Notes: generated from the sequence alone by a model not told the origin. A DNA stretch of 64,000 nucleotides from Trichormus sp. ATA11-4-KO1 (GCA_019358915.1 JAHHIM010000003.1:1-64000); one strand, 5' to 3'; shown: positions 41,949-52,198, numbered from the stretch's first letter. Translations and numbers: made by a program.

Positions 41949-42521
41949 TTATTGTGGAGGTCTCACACAATTAGCTCCTCCAGGAGAATTTGCATCTGGA
42001 TAAATGGCTAAAGTGTGATATCCAGGTGTAACATCTTCGTATAGTATTCTAAAAGTATAGAGCTTAGTTCTACCTTGCCCTTCAGTAATTACTGTTAAAA
42101 GTGTATTGTCTGTTTTGGGCAATCCCGGAATTTTTAGTCTTTGAATTCGCCGGAGTTGAATAACATTCGCTGCTGAGTTTTTACAATCTCCTGAATTAAA
42201 GTTACGTTCTTGGCCGAACTGCATACACATCGGCCCATCAAAATCCATAGTTACCTGTGATGGGTCATTTAGCCAAACTTTTTTAATGGTTTCGCCAGAT
42301 GGAATAAAGCTTAAATTTGTTCCTTGCTGATAGGAAACTTCGAGAGTGGGTACTACTCCCCCCAAACCTTGTGCTTGGCAAGAAAACAGGGAACGAAGCA
42401 CAGCATTATTAGCGACAGCACGACCTGCTAACAATAATATTGCAGTAGAGAAAATCAAGGAAGCTAGGGGGAATAAATCTGAGTATTTTAAAGTTTTTCC
42501 TGTCAAGTTAATGTGTTTCAT
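41949..42521 (-). CDS. T4SS-associated exported protein (VirB9-like position)
   Basis: Signal-like N-terminus, beta-rich GTNLSF..GETIKKVWL.DPS, TLLTVIT; last gene of the virB-like operon. Confidence 0.55.
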   Translation of the reverse strand: MKHINLTGKTLKYSDLFPLASLIFSTAILLLAGRAVANNAVLRSLFSCQAQGLGGVVPTLEVSYQQGTNLSFIPSGETIKKVWLNDPSQVTMDFDGPMCMQFGQERNFNSGDCKNSAANVIQLRRIQRLKIPGLPKTDNTLLTVITEGQGRTKLYTFRILYEDVTPGYHTLAIYPDANSPGGANCVRPPQ

Positions 42522-42570
42522 GACTATACACAGGGGAGTGGGGAGTGGAGTAGTTCAATGTAATTACAAA

Positions 42571-44136
42571 TTACAACTGCATGGTTCTATTGACATAGAT
42601 TTCTACTTCTTTGCCAGCTGGTATGAACCAAACATTAGTTTGTTGCATCATTTGCGAGATTGCCTGTTGATTACGTTGTGAAATTTGGGGAACGATAGAG
42701 TTCAAACCACCTTCCACAATTCCCGCAGCTACGTTGCGTCGGGGGTTAGTTGTGGTGACTATAGTACCGGCAGCACCTTGGTTGACAACTTGGGTATCAG
42801 TACGATTAAATAGCTCTGCTGCTTTACCAATACCTCCCAAAATAAATAATCCTGCATCCATTCCCGCTATGGATGCACCTTGATTGGGAAATTTACTGGC
42901 TACTAAAGGTTTACCTTGGGGAGCGCGAACAATAATTGCACTTTTGGGTAAGCTCCTTTCTGTGAGTTGGCCGTTATCTTGCGAAACAACTTTGACTACA
43001 TCCAGATGTAGCAGTCCTTGTTCAGAAATAGAGCGAATTTCGGCTAATAATTCAGTATTAGCAGGTAAAGCAATTTCACCATCTACAGCTTTGAGTGGTT
43101 GTTGCAAACGCAAAACAAATACATTGGCATTTTCATCACTGTCATTATTCCTTGATCTCGTAGTTTCCCCAAATATGGCTGTTGCTAACACAGCTTTGGC
43201 GCTACTTCCTACTTTGATAGATTTTGAGTTTTGCGGTTGTGCTTGGCTAATTATGGGATCTTGCTGTGGTGGGGTTGGTTCAGGGTCGGAGTTTGTTACT
43301 TGGGCTTGTGCATTAGTATTGTTTACAGGTTCAGACCTAGCGGCATTCCTACTAGATTGACCAGTAGCAGACACCTGACCGTAGCTACCTAATTTTGCTA
43401 ACCTTGTCCATTCCTCAAGGGGATCGGGTGTAGATGGTTTAATGTCTGGGTGAGGAACTGGTAGAGGTGCTGGTGCAAGTGGCGGCGCAATAGCAATTGG
43501 TGGCACAGGAAGAGGTGGAGAAGAAGGTTTTTCAATGATGCGCTCAACTGTCACTACTCGGGGTGTAGAAGCCGCAGTTTGTACAGGTGTTGATGTTCTG
43601 GTGTTTGTCTGTGGAGTTTCAATCCTTGAAGCTGCTCTATTTCTGAGATTTTGTTGGGCTGCTGTCACCGCCTCTGCTTGTTCAGCCAAGGCTAATTTTG
43701 TTTTTAAAGTCTCTATTTCTTGTTCTAAATTTTGCCGGGAAGATTCACTTGTTGATGGCAATGCAGCTGTTGAGGAAACAAGATTATTCTCTCTTGGCTT
43801 TTGATTGCTGGTATTCATTACCTGCGATAAAAACACACCAGCCACCATAACTACAGCCAAGGTGGCGCTGCCTACCAAGGCTAACTTAGCAAAGGGATTA
43901 GATGATAGGGGTTGCTCAGTTTGCACTTCTTGTGGCTGAGATGGCGACGGCGGCAAACTAGCTGAGTCTTCTGCTAATGCTTCAACGTTGACCTTTGGGG
44001 CTTCTTCTTCAAAGCCAACCAATTTGGCCATTCTGGATTCCCAATCTAAAGACCCTACTTCTGGTTGGTAGTTGTCGGTGGTTGGTTTGATTAAACGTTG
44101 TGGAGAAAGTTCTGAGTGAATTGAATAAGAAGTCAT
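42571..44136 (-). CDS. TrbI/VirB10-like T4SS core protein
   Basis: Single TM, coiled coil, Pro-rich linker, C-terminal beta domain ending IPAGKEVEIYVN. Confidence 0.75.
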   Translation of the reverse strand: MTSYSIHSELSPQRLIKPTTDNYQPEVGSLDWESRMAKLVGFEEEAPKVNVEALAEDSASLPPSPSQPQEVQTEQPLSSNPFAKLALVGSATLAVVMVAGVFLSQVMNTSNQKPRENNLVSSTAALPSTSESSRQNLEQEIETLKTKLALAEQAEAVTAAQQNLRNRAASRIETPQTNTRTSTPVQTAASTPRVVTVERIIEKPSSPPLPVPPIAIAPPLAPAPLPVPHPDIKPSTPDPLEEWTRLAKLGSYGQVSATGQSSRNAARSEPVNNTNAQAQVTNSDPEPTPPQQDPIISQAQPQNSKSIKVGSSAKAVLATAIFGETTRSRNNDSDENANVFVLRLQQPLKAVDGEIALPANTELLAEIRSISEQGLLHLDVVKVVSQDNGQLTERSLPKSAIIVRAPQGKPLVASKFPNQGASIAGMDAGLFILGGIGKAAELFNRTDTQVVNQGAAGTIVTTTNPRRNVAAGIVEGGLNSIVPQISQRNQQAISQMMQQTNVWFIPAGKEVEIYVNRTMQL

Positions 44137-44168
44137 AATGTATTACTTGGTTTTAATTTGCTGAGTTG

Positions 44169-44855
44169 CTAATTGCCAGAACAGGTATTATCTTTGATGT
44201 CACATATCTCGTAAATTTCTAGCCTAGCTTCGCCTAGGCGGTATGCTGCTAAATGCCAAGGTAGTGGTTTGGTTGGTAGTGAAGTTGCTGGTTCATCTAT
44301 TGCTCGCACTAAGATTTGTTTGTTAAATGGGATTGATGTTCCCAAATTATTAGAACCGGTAAAATTTAATTGATTTGCCAGCATTTCTACTTTCCAATTA
44401 CCATCAGCTATTTGGATTGGTTGAGAAATTTTTTGTACTACTAATACATATTCAGTTCCTTGATTAATATTGGCAAATTGCTTGGTTGAATTTAAATTAG
44501 TAATTTCTGACTGAAATCTTGGTTTCAAATCATTAGCTAAGAGTTGCGAACTAATTTCCCATACTGTTATTGGTGGCTGTTGTTGTGACCAGGTAAGCAT
44601 TAAGGTCATAGTTTCACCTACAAAGCGGCGAATTGTGTCTGGATGTCGCTCATAACTTTGTTTGGGGTCTGCGGTAATGGCACGACCATCGACAAGTTGC
44701 ACTAAAGTTTTAGGTGTTAACTGCTGCTTTAAATCTTGCAACATTGAACTGTGAAATAAAAGTAATAGCAAGCTAAATAAATGTAAACTGAATGTTCCTA
44801 CAGCTAAAAGTGGCAAGATGCTACTTTTTTTATTTTCTGGTTTTAGTAATTGCAT
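44169..44855 (-). CDS. T4SS bitopic membrane protein (VirB8-like), paralogue 2
   Basis: TM followed by LVQLVDG, IRRFVGETMT..LTW, GNWKV, PFNKQILVRA, LEIYEI shared with the adjacent gene. Confidence 0.6.
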   Translation of the reverse strand: MQLLKPENKKSSILPLLAVGTFSLHLFSLLLLLFHSSMLQDLKQQLTPKTLVQLVDGRAITADPKQSYERHPDTIRRFVGETMTLMLTWSQQQPPITVWEISSQLLANDLKPRFQSEITNLNSTKQFANINQGTEYVLVVQKISQPIQIADGNWKVEMLANQLNFTGSNNLGTSIPFNKQILVRAIDEPATSLPTKPLPWHLAAYRLGEARLEIYEICDIKDNTCSGN

Positions 44856-44888
44856 AAATACTAGAATAATATTAAATTCATAGGATAT

Positions 44889-45710
44889 TTATCTGATAAA
44901 GCTGCTAGAGGTTTGTCCGTTACATGGGTTAGATTTATCTTCACTAAGATTGCTGTAGTCATCTAATAAACATAAATTACGAATTTCGTAAATTTCCAAT
45001 TTATCAGTACGATTACTATAAATTGCTTTTTGGATATCAGTGCTAGTATCAGCTAAAGGGTAGGGATAATAGTCTACTGCACGTACCAGTAAATCTTTAT
45101 TAAATGGTGTTACTGTTCTTCTATCATCATCTTGTCTTTTTTGAATTAGGTCGGCTACCATCCCCACTCGCCACTTACCAGGAGCAATTTCTTCTGGAGG
45201 ATAAACCCGCTTCACAATTAACTCTGCTGACATAGCTTGGCTGGGATTGCTAGAGAAAACTTCTGGTGGTGTCATTTGCGCGATCGCACTTAAGAAACCT
45301 TTACGAAAATCTTCTGAAAAAGCAAAACTAGCTACCCAACTAGTGGTAGTAACTTTTTGGCTACCACCTTCTGGCGTTCTCACCATAATTCCTGGATCTG
45401 GTTGCGGTTTTGCGGCTGCTTCAATGGTTTGTGGTGGGAGGGTTCCAGACCAATTGAACATTGATGTCATGGTTTTACTGATGAATTGGCGAATTGCTTC
45501 TGGGTCTCTGGCTAAATCATCAGTAGCAGCTAGGGATTGACCATCGATCATTTGCACAAAGTTAGGCGGTTTTCTCAGACTGAGTTGGCGAATATTTAAC
45601 CCTTGCAAAATGAATACAAATAACACCAATAAATGCAAACTAAAGGTGGCGATCGCAAAGGTTGTGAGAATACTACCAGTTTGTTGTCTTTTTTTGAGTA
45701 AATTTACCAT
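44889..45710 (-). CDS. T4SS bitopic membrane protein (VirB8-like), paralogue 1
   Basis: TM followed by FVQMIDG, IRQFISKTMT..FNW, GKWRV, PFNKDLLVRA, LEIYEI. Confidence 0.6.
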   Translation of the reverse strand: MVNLLKKRQQTGSILTTFAIATFSLHLLVLFVFILQGLNIRQLSLRKPPNFVQMIDGQSLAATDDLARDPEAIRQFISKTMTSMFNWSGTLPPQTIEAAAKPQPDPGIMVRTPEGGSQKVTTTSWVASFAFSEDFRKGFLSAIAQMTPPEVFSSNPSQAMSAELIVKRVYPPEEIAPGKWRVGMVADLIQKRQDDDRRTVTPFNKDLLVRAVDYYPYPLADTSTDIQKAIYSNRTDKLEIYEIRNLCLLDDYSNLSEDKSNPCNGQTSSSFIR

Positions 45711-45745
45711 TCTCTTATTTCCAACTCATCGATCATGCTGAAAAC

Positions 45746-46795
45746 TTATATCCTATCTTTCACCAAAGAAGCTGTACTATTAATAGCACTAAAAACTGCA
45801 AATCCTCCTGCACCAGCTACAACTAAAGATAAAAGTGGTGCTAAAATTCCTAGAAAAATTATGAACCACATTAAATCGGGATTTGCATTAGGATTTTCGG
45901 CAGGGCCATTAATAATGACTGCGGCAGTTAACGCGGCAATAATATTAAATGAAATCTTGGCTATTCCCGCCGAGAAGAATCCTGTCAGCCAGGCAAAAAT
46001 TGGTTTTCCAGCTACAGGTAACAAAGATGCACCCACAGCTAGAGGACCTAAAGCAGCTATCAGCAGCATAGTGGCTTCGATTAAATTCTGAAAAGCATAT
46101 TGCAAAGAAATTAAAAAGTTTTTGATACTGGTTTGAACTGTATTACCCAATAAAGCATTAAAGGTTGTTTCTGATAAATTTCCTGTACCGAATTTCAGTG
46201 AAATCACCTGATTTTCTAATCTTTGAATCCAAACTCTATTACCGTATAAATTTCTATATTCTCGCCAGAGAGCATCAATTTGGTCGCTGGCTCTAGCAAA
46301 GCATTGGGTTTGTTGTTCACCAGTTAGTGATTGACAAGGACGCAGTAAAGAACCAGCTACTTCTTCAGCTAAACTCATATTCAGTGCTTGCTGATAAGTT
46401 TGATTAGCATCAGCTGTAGTGACTACTTGCTGATTAACGGTATTAATAAAATTTCTAACTCCCAATGTCAAACTAGAAAGGATGCTGCCATCTCCCGCAT
46501 TACTTAACAGGACAACTACGATAAAAGGCCAAATCAAACCCGTTATGGGACGGGAATATTCGCTGTATATAACATCTTTGAGCCATTGCATCATAAAAAA
46601 TAGGAGAGTTCCTACAGCAAAAAATACACCCAGATTTGTCAGCGCTCCATATAAGTTATTACTGGTATTGTTTTGTAATAAATCTAGCCATTGATTATCC
46701 CAACTTTCAGCGATGCTTCTAGCAGTTGCCGCACCACTATCAAAAGTTTCATTAATCCCAATTTCCGGAAAGATTTGCAGAATATGCAGATGCAT
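45746..46795 (-). CDS. Polytopic T4SS membrane protein (VirB6-like)
   Basis: About 5 TM helices, [11 protein letters not shown] loop with a Cys pair, LIAALGPLAVGASLLP...FAWL motif. Confidence 0.65.
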   Translation of the reverse strand: MHLHILQIFPEIGINETFDSGAATARSIAESWDNQWLDLLQNNTSNNLYGALTNLGVFFAVGTLLFFMMQWLKDVIYSEYSRPITGLIWPFIVVVLLSNAGDGSILSSLTLGVRNFINTVNQQVVTTADANQTYQQALNMSLAEEVAGSLLRPCQSLTGEQQTQCFARASDQIDALWREYRNLYGNRVWIQRLENQVISLKFGTGNLSETTFNALLGNTVQTSIKNFLISLQYAFQNLIEATMLLIAALGPLAVGASLLPVAGKPIFAWLTGFFSAGIAKISFNIIAALTAAVIINGPAENPNANPDLMWFIIFLGILAPLLSLVVAGAGGFAVFSAINSTASLVKDRI

Positions 46796-46829
46796 TTTGG
46801 TTCACAGTTTTGCTGATAATAATTATTAA

Positions 46830-47597
46830 TTAATTCTCTTCTCTCCCAAATAAATCTGTTTGAGAAGTCGTGCGAATGAGTCTGGCGGCCTCTGTTGATG
46901 CATCTACTCGACGAGTGCGATTCATTGCTTCCATCTGTTGGGAAATGTTCGCTAAATTTAAGTTAGAGTATTGCAAAGATTGATGTGTTTTGATTGATTG
47001 AGAAAGTGCTTCACTGATGATTTTTGTTTGTTCTTGTTGGATTTTAATAGATTGTAACTGTAAGTTGCCTTTCTCGCCTTCTAATGCAGCTAATGGATTT
47101 GATTGACCTAGGTTTGTAGCAACACTAGCAAGTCTCTGAAAAATATTATCGGATTCTTGAGAAAGTTCTTCAATGTTATCAATGATAGTCTGAGTATTTT
47201 GCAACTGTGATTTTAAGCGGATTTGTCCATCTCTACCCATAACACTTTCTATGGAACTACGGGTAATTAGCCGACCGATTTCGTTACTAACTGAATTAGC
47301 TTGGATAACTGGGTTATTTTCAAACTTATCTGTTACTGGGTTAAACAAAATATCTTGGCGGAAACTTTTTACAGCCTCAATTGGGTTGGGTATATTCGAT
47401 TCTCCTGTGGCATTATTGAGAGCATTTTGACTTCTAATTTCCAGAGGTCTTAAGGTGTCGCTCAAATTATTTCTGAGATAATTTTGTATATCTACAGAAT
47501 AAGATTGAAAATCAGTCCAAACTTTGCCTAATTGTGCCATTGCTGGTAGGACTAATAAGAAGGAAAAAGCCAATGTGAAACAAGTAGTTTTCTGCAT
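46830..47597 (-). CDS. Exported helical T4SS protein (VirB5-like position)
   Basis: Signal peptide ending AMA-Q; Gln-rich helical C-terminus LQYSNLNLANISQQM. Confidence 0.55.
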   Translation of the reverse strand: MQKTTCFTLAFSFLLVLPAMAQLGKVWTDFQSYSVDIQNYLRNNLSDTLRPLEIRSQNALNNATGESNIPNPIEAVKSFRQDILFNPVTDKFENNPVIQANSVSNEIGRLITRSSIESVMGRDGQIRLKSQLQNTQTIIDNIEELSQESDNIFQRLASVATNLGQSNPLAALEGEKGNLQLQSIKIQQEQTKIISEALSQSIKTHQSLQYSNLNLANISQQMEAMNRTRRVDASTEAARLIRTTSQTDLFGREEN

Positions 47598-47642
47598 ATG
47601 TGTAAATCTGAAAGAACGTGGACGAAATTTGAAATTACTCGA

Positions 47643-50390
47643 TTAACTACCACGCAGCGAAGCGATTAACTGCCGCGCAAATACAGAAATTGCTTCATAT
47701 TTATCGCTGTAATGCAGCATTACTTGTTGGCGTGCAGTTTGTTCATGAGGATTGTTAGCAACTACTGCTAATTGTGCGAAACCTGGATAGTAGCGGCAGA
47801 AGGTATAAATACCGTTATCATCTAGTAACCATTGGCTATAAACACCTTCTTTGCGAGGAAAAAAGCTTTCTGTGGCATTACGAGAAATAATATCGCCGGG
47901 ATATTTTAAGATGTTGACAAAACTATCTACTGCTACTGGCTGAATCCGACCGATTAATCTTGTGGATAAATTTTGCAAAATTTTCGATGCGGCTTTGGAT
48001 TTGGCGATGGTATCAGGGTCTTGTGCTGATAAGATGACTCTAATTCCCGCTTTGGCACCGTTGGCGCAAACTCTGCCGACTAAATCGGATATTTGGTCAA
48101 ATTCAAATAAAATTGGGGCTTCGTCAATAAAGAAGATAGAAGCTGGACTACTTAATGCACGTCGCAAAGCGGCGGAATAAGCACTTAAAGATAAGACGGC
48201 TGCATCTTCGTTATCTGAGAGGTTTCGCAGTGCAAAAACCAAAAGTTGAGCATCGGTGGGAAAGCTAGAGGGTGCAGAAATGGACTGTCCCACACGACTA
48301 GATAGCCAAAACCGCAAGCGCAGTTGAATTTGACTGAGTGCATCATCAACTCTGCCACTAACAGATTCTAATTGCAGATGTTCTGGTGAGCAGAAGTAGA
48401 GAAAGTCTCTTAAGGTAGGGGTTTTCTGCCATGCTTCACTGCCAAATCCGCCGGCTATAGCTTGTTTATATCGTTCTTTGATCCCGTTATCTGCAAAGAA
48501 AGCGCCTAAAGCTAAGTTGATCAGGGAACGCACAGTTTGAGCCAGCAGCTGACTTTCAGTAGATGACCCTAAAACCATTGTCATTAAGGCTGATTCTAAA
48601 AAGCCTGTATAATCGAGCAGGCGATCGCGCTGTTCTTCTGGAGAAAGCGATCGCAAATCTGGCTGTTCAAATAAATTATTGGATTGTTTGGAAATATCAA
48701 AATACGCTCCATTCCTTCCCATGAACTCTGTATAGTCGGTAAAGGTGGATGAGCCATCGGGTTTGGGAAAGTCTAAAGCGACTACGGGAATTCCATGAGC
48801 TAAGGCTTGAGTTAAAATTCCTGACACCAAAACCGATTTACCAGCACGCGTTGTCGCAAACAGCGCTAAATTTTTGTGTTGGTTAAACAAATCTAGATGT
48901 ATTGGTGTTCCTCCTTCTTCAGCAATCAACTCAAAGCCGTGGCTATCTCCGGCTTTAGTTAACACTAAAGGCATTAATCCAGGAACTTCGCTGGTTAAAT
49001 ATAACTGGCGGCGATTAAAGGGTTTTACTAACAAACCTTCCCAAACAATTGGTAGAGATTGTAACCAAATTTTCCAGGTATACTCTACTTCCCTAATTAC
49101 CTGTGCTGGACGTTGAAAACAGTTTTCAATGTATCTTGTGGCTTCATCTAATTTTTCTACGGTGGGACGATGCACAAAAATAACTATGCTTGTATATATC
49201 GGTACTGCCCCTTCATATAATTGTTCTTGCGCTGCTACTGATTTCTTTAACTTTAATTGAGCGCTGACATCAATTGTTTTACTTTTTTCTTGCGCCATGA
49301 GTGCTGTCATATTTGACTGCTTCAGCACTCGTTGCAAAGTAGTTTTTACTAATGCAGGATTAGCAGCAGTTAACTCACAAAAAATTTCCGTATCTACTAC
49401 TGTTTCTCTAGCTAGCAGTTCCCACAAATAACGCATTTGAGCAAATTTATTTTGCCAACCTCCGGGTTTTTCCAGAAATGTTAGTGCCCCAATGTAGCGA
49501 TTTTTCACATTCACCCAACGGCGATCAGCACAGGGTACGCCAGACTCCATCAGTAACGTGGTACTGTGGATATTTTCTATGAGCAATTTGGTACTAGCTA
49601 AATCTGAATTAACTTGTTCATGCAGTCCATTTTCATCTAAATGAAGTAGTTGGGGAATTTCTATAGGTTGTGTATCATTAAATTGCTTCCAGGCATGTTC
49701 CCATAATTCCTCAGCAGTTAAAGGTTTGACATCTAAACCCATTTTGTTAGATAAAAGCTGTTCCCAGCGTGAAAAACCTTGTTGGTAAGCTTTGATAATC
49801 AGAGTTTCGATGCGCTGGTTCTGCACATCTGCTAATTCACCTTTAAATTGCAACCACCATACTTCAGCTTTGGCTAAAAGTTTCTCGATCCAATCATCTG
49901 TATAGTTAGTATTTGGTTCAATAGTGTAAGTGACATAAATTCTGAGGAATTTCGGCTTGCGAATACCAGCATGAGTCAGTTCTTGAATTCTGGCTCGTTC
50001 TGCTGTTAATAAATATTTTATGTCCCGTGATGGTGTCTGTCTTACCAAATCTGCAAGTTCTTTTTGGCGTTGTTTATCTGAACTAAAAGACCCCATATGT
50101 AAGGTCATTTTTTCACCATCAGGAATGTCTTTTAAACCTGATTCAATATTATTAAATATCGTATCTATTTGTTCAGACCTCAAGGTAGTATGGATACCTC
50201 GACATTCAAAACCAAAAACAAAGCAAAACCGATCTTTTTGGGTTCCTTTGTTCAGAATATATGCACCAATATCGCGTCCATCTAGAGAAACGCGTAGCAT
50301 TGTTGCCAAATTTAAAGCATCTTCAAATGGTGTTAATCTACTTTCTTGACCTGCGAGGCCGATGCTTTGTTTTCCGATTTTTTGCTTCAT
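47643..50390 (-). CDS. VirB4-like T4SS ATPase
   Basis: 915 aa; GGTPIHLDLF then Walker A variant ATTRAGKS; Walker B FFIDEAP; GAKAGIRVILSAQ; ILQN. Confidence 0.85.
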   Translation of the reverse strand: MKQKIGKQSIGLAGQESRLTPFEDALNLATMLRVSLDGRDIGAYILNKGTQKDRFCFVFGFECRGIHTTLRSEQIDTIFNNIESGLKDIPDGEKMTLHMGSFSSDKQRQKELADLVRQTPSRDIKYLLTAERARIQELTHAGIRKPKFLRIYVTYTIEPNTNYTDDWIEKLLAKAEVWWLQFKGELADVQNQRIETLIIKAYQQGFSRWEQLLSNKMGLDVKPLTAEELWEHAWKQFNDTQPIEIPQLLHLDENGLHEQVNSDLASTKLLIENIHSTTLLMESGVPCADRRWVNVKNRYIGALTFLEKPGGWQNKFAQMRYLWELLARETVVDTEIFCELTAANPALVKTTLQRVLKQSNMTALMAQEKSKTIDVSAQLKLKKSVAAQEQLYEGAVPIYTSIVIFVHRPTVEKLDEATRYIENCFQRPAQVIREVEYTWKIWLQSLPIVWEGLLVKPFNRRQLYLTSEVPGLMPLVLTKAGDSHGFELIAEEGGTPIHLDLFNQHKNLALFATTRAGKSVLVSGILTQALAHGIPVVALDFPKPDGSSTFTDYTEFMGRNGAYFDISKQSNNLFEQPDLRSLSPEEQRDRLLDYTGFLESALMTMVLGSSTESQLLAQTVRSLINLALGAFFADNGIKERYKQAIAGGFGSEAWQKTPTLRDFLYFCSPEHLQLESVSGRVDDALSQIQLRLRFWLSSRVGQSISAPSSFPTDAQLLVFALRNLSDNEDAAVLSLSAYSAALRRALSSPASIFFIDEAPILFEFDQISDLVGRVCANGAKAGIRVILSAQDPDTIAKSKAASKILQNLSTRLIGRIQPVAVDSFVNILKYPGDIISRNATESFFPRKEGVYSQWLLDDNGIYTFCRYYPGFAQLAVVANNPHEQTARQQVMLHYSDKYEAISVFARQLIASLRGS

Positions 50391-50715
50391 GGTTAACTTC
50401 TAGCACGCTTTGATAACGAGCAAAGCCTCTTGTCCACTTGGGAACTCCAACAAATTTGCTCAAAAAACGCCAACTTCTACCACCAGTTAATATCCACCAA
50501 GTTGCTATTCCCCAACCGGCGATTAATACTGTCCACAGCCATCTTTGAAAATCGTCTGGAAAAATTCCCCCAAAAATTCCGTTGATCATAAAGTAGGAGG
50601 CTAAAACAATCACAAGCCAAGGAAATATCTGATCAGCAGGAATCGGCCCTAATGATGGTTGTGATCCGAGGATTTGATTGACTGGGCGAAATTCTGGCTC
50701 TCGTTCTTGAGACAT
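50338..50715 (-). CDS. Small membrane T4SS protein (VirB3-like)
   Basis: Two TMs; FRPVNQILG..PSLGPIPA; overlaps the virB4-like start. Confidence 0.65.
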   Translation of the reverse strand: MSQEREPEFRPVNQILGSQPSLGPIPADQIFPWLVIVLASYFMINGIFGGIFPDDFQRWLWTVLIAGWGIATWWILTGGRSWRFLSKFVGVPKWTRGFARYQSVLEVNHEAKNRKTKHRPRRSRK

Positions 50716-50758
50716 AAGCAGTTTCTTAACTTTGTTTCATCTTAATAGTAGAGATGAA

Positions 50759-51373
50759 TTAGTTACTACTATCACCAATTACAAAGCCTGTAAGGACATC
50801 AGCAACAGTGACAGCGACAACCACTAACAAGGGAACTCTAGCGATACTTTGCCAATCTTCATCTTTTCGTACTGCGTTAATCACACCAATTAGAGAAACA
50901 GCTATATAGAGTAAGTAAATCGCCCGCAGAACGTTGAATATTAAACTGACTGCTGTTTGGGTATTGCTGTTGCTTGATGTACCTTGTGTCAAAGTATTTC
51001 TAAAAAAATCTTCAGCTTTCCCAAAAAATTGTGCATGTGCAGGGGAGGCAAAGTAGTCTAGCCAAAATAAACAGAAGACGACAGATACTACCAAGATTTG
51101 TAATAGTATAAACCATCGCTTCGACAAATGCACCTGCTGACCAATTTGCTGGATGAGTATTGCTGTTAAACTACCAACCAGCAAACAAAAAAGCAGTATG
51201 GGACTTTTTAAACTAATAACGCTTAAAAATACAGCACAAGCAATCAAAAAGGGTAGCGATTCAACCACGCCAAGACGCCATGATGCTAAAGTCTGTCTCA
51301 ATATGTCAGATGTTCTCGCCGCACTAGTAGTTAAACCTTTGCCGAGTCTTCTTGCACTGGAATTTTTAGACAT
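50759..51373 (-). CDS. Pilin-like protein (VirB2/TrbC-like) with long N-terminal membrane extension
   Basis: PAHA-Q processing-like site followed by two hydrophobic helices; first gene of the operon. Confidence 0.6.
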   Translation of the reverse strand: MSKNSSARRLGKGLTTSAARTSDILRQTLASWRLGVVESLPFLIACAVFLSVISLKSPILLFCLLVGSLTAILIQQIGQQVHLSKRWFILLQILVVSVVFCLFWLDYFASPAHAQFFGKAEDFFRNTLTQGTSSNSNTQTAVSLIFNVLRAIYLLYIAVSLIGVINAVRKDEDWQSIARVPLLVVVAVTVADVLTGFVIGDSSN

Positions 51374-52128
51374 TTGCCAATTTCCCTATTATCTATAACA
51401 AATATCAGTCTGATTCATCCTTAAAAGTTTTACCATTTAACATGAGCTAAGATTCATTCTTAAGAAAGAAATTTATGTCGCCAAAATATAATATATGTTC
51501 ATCCTGCTTCAACCTATTAAGGATGTATTAATCAATTCTTAACATTTAGTTAAATACATAATTTCATCACATGCCACAGTCATTCCTGAGCTTTATCTAT
51601 AAGTTATTACACTGGCAAGCAGAGAGTTTACTTTCTATATAGTTGAGTCAATTGTGCGTTAGGCTTACCGCGATCGCATCATTTATCTTGTGTACGCTTA
51701 CAGTCTCAATTATTAACTGTGCTTAAACATCTTGTATGTATCCGTACTGCACTGCGAAGCATAACTGTTGAGCGAAGAATGGAGAAAATGTCTGTGAAAT
51801 TTGTTTGAGAATGAAAATTTGATAGTTGAGATTTATACGTAAAAATTAGTTAATTTTTATACTTTAATTGTTATTTGCGTGATACTATCCAGAATCAGGT
51901 TACTAGATAGGTAGCAAAATGTCTAGTGTAGAAAACCACAATTATCATTATCCGCAGTGAAGGTTCATAGAAATTAGGGATTAGCTGCCCAATTTTGGCA
52001 CTGATGAGATTTAGCAGCTTATTTGCTATGTATCTTAGAAGAAGTGGTAGACCGTCACACCTAGCCCTTTCAAGGTGGGTAAAAATTACCTAAAATTTTG
52101 TCCAATCTTAGTGCCTTTGTGGTTCAAA

Positions 52129-52198
52129 TGTAGAGATGTTCCATAGAACGTCTCTACAAAGGTTCTGGAAGACACATCTTTAATTTCTGGAGATGTCT
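52129..52198. repeat. REP-like palindrome with associated repeat end
   Basis: TGTAGAGATGTTCCATAGAACGTCTCTACA palindrome followed by ...TTTCTGGAGATGTCT. Confidence 0.65.
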
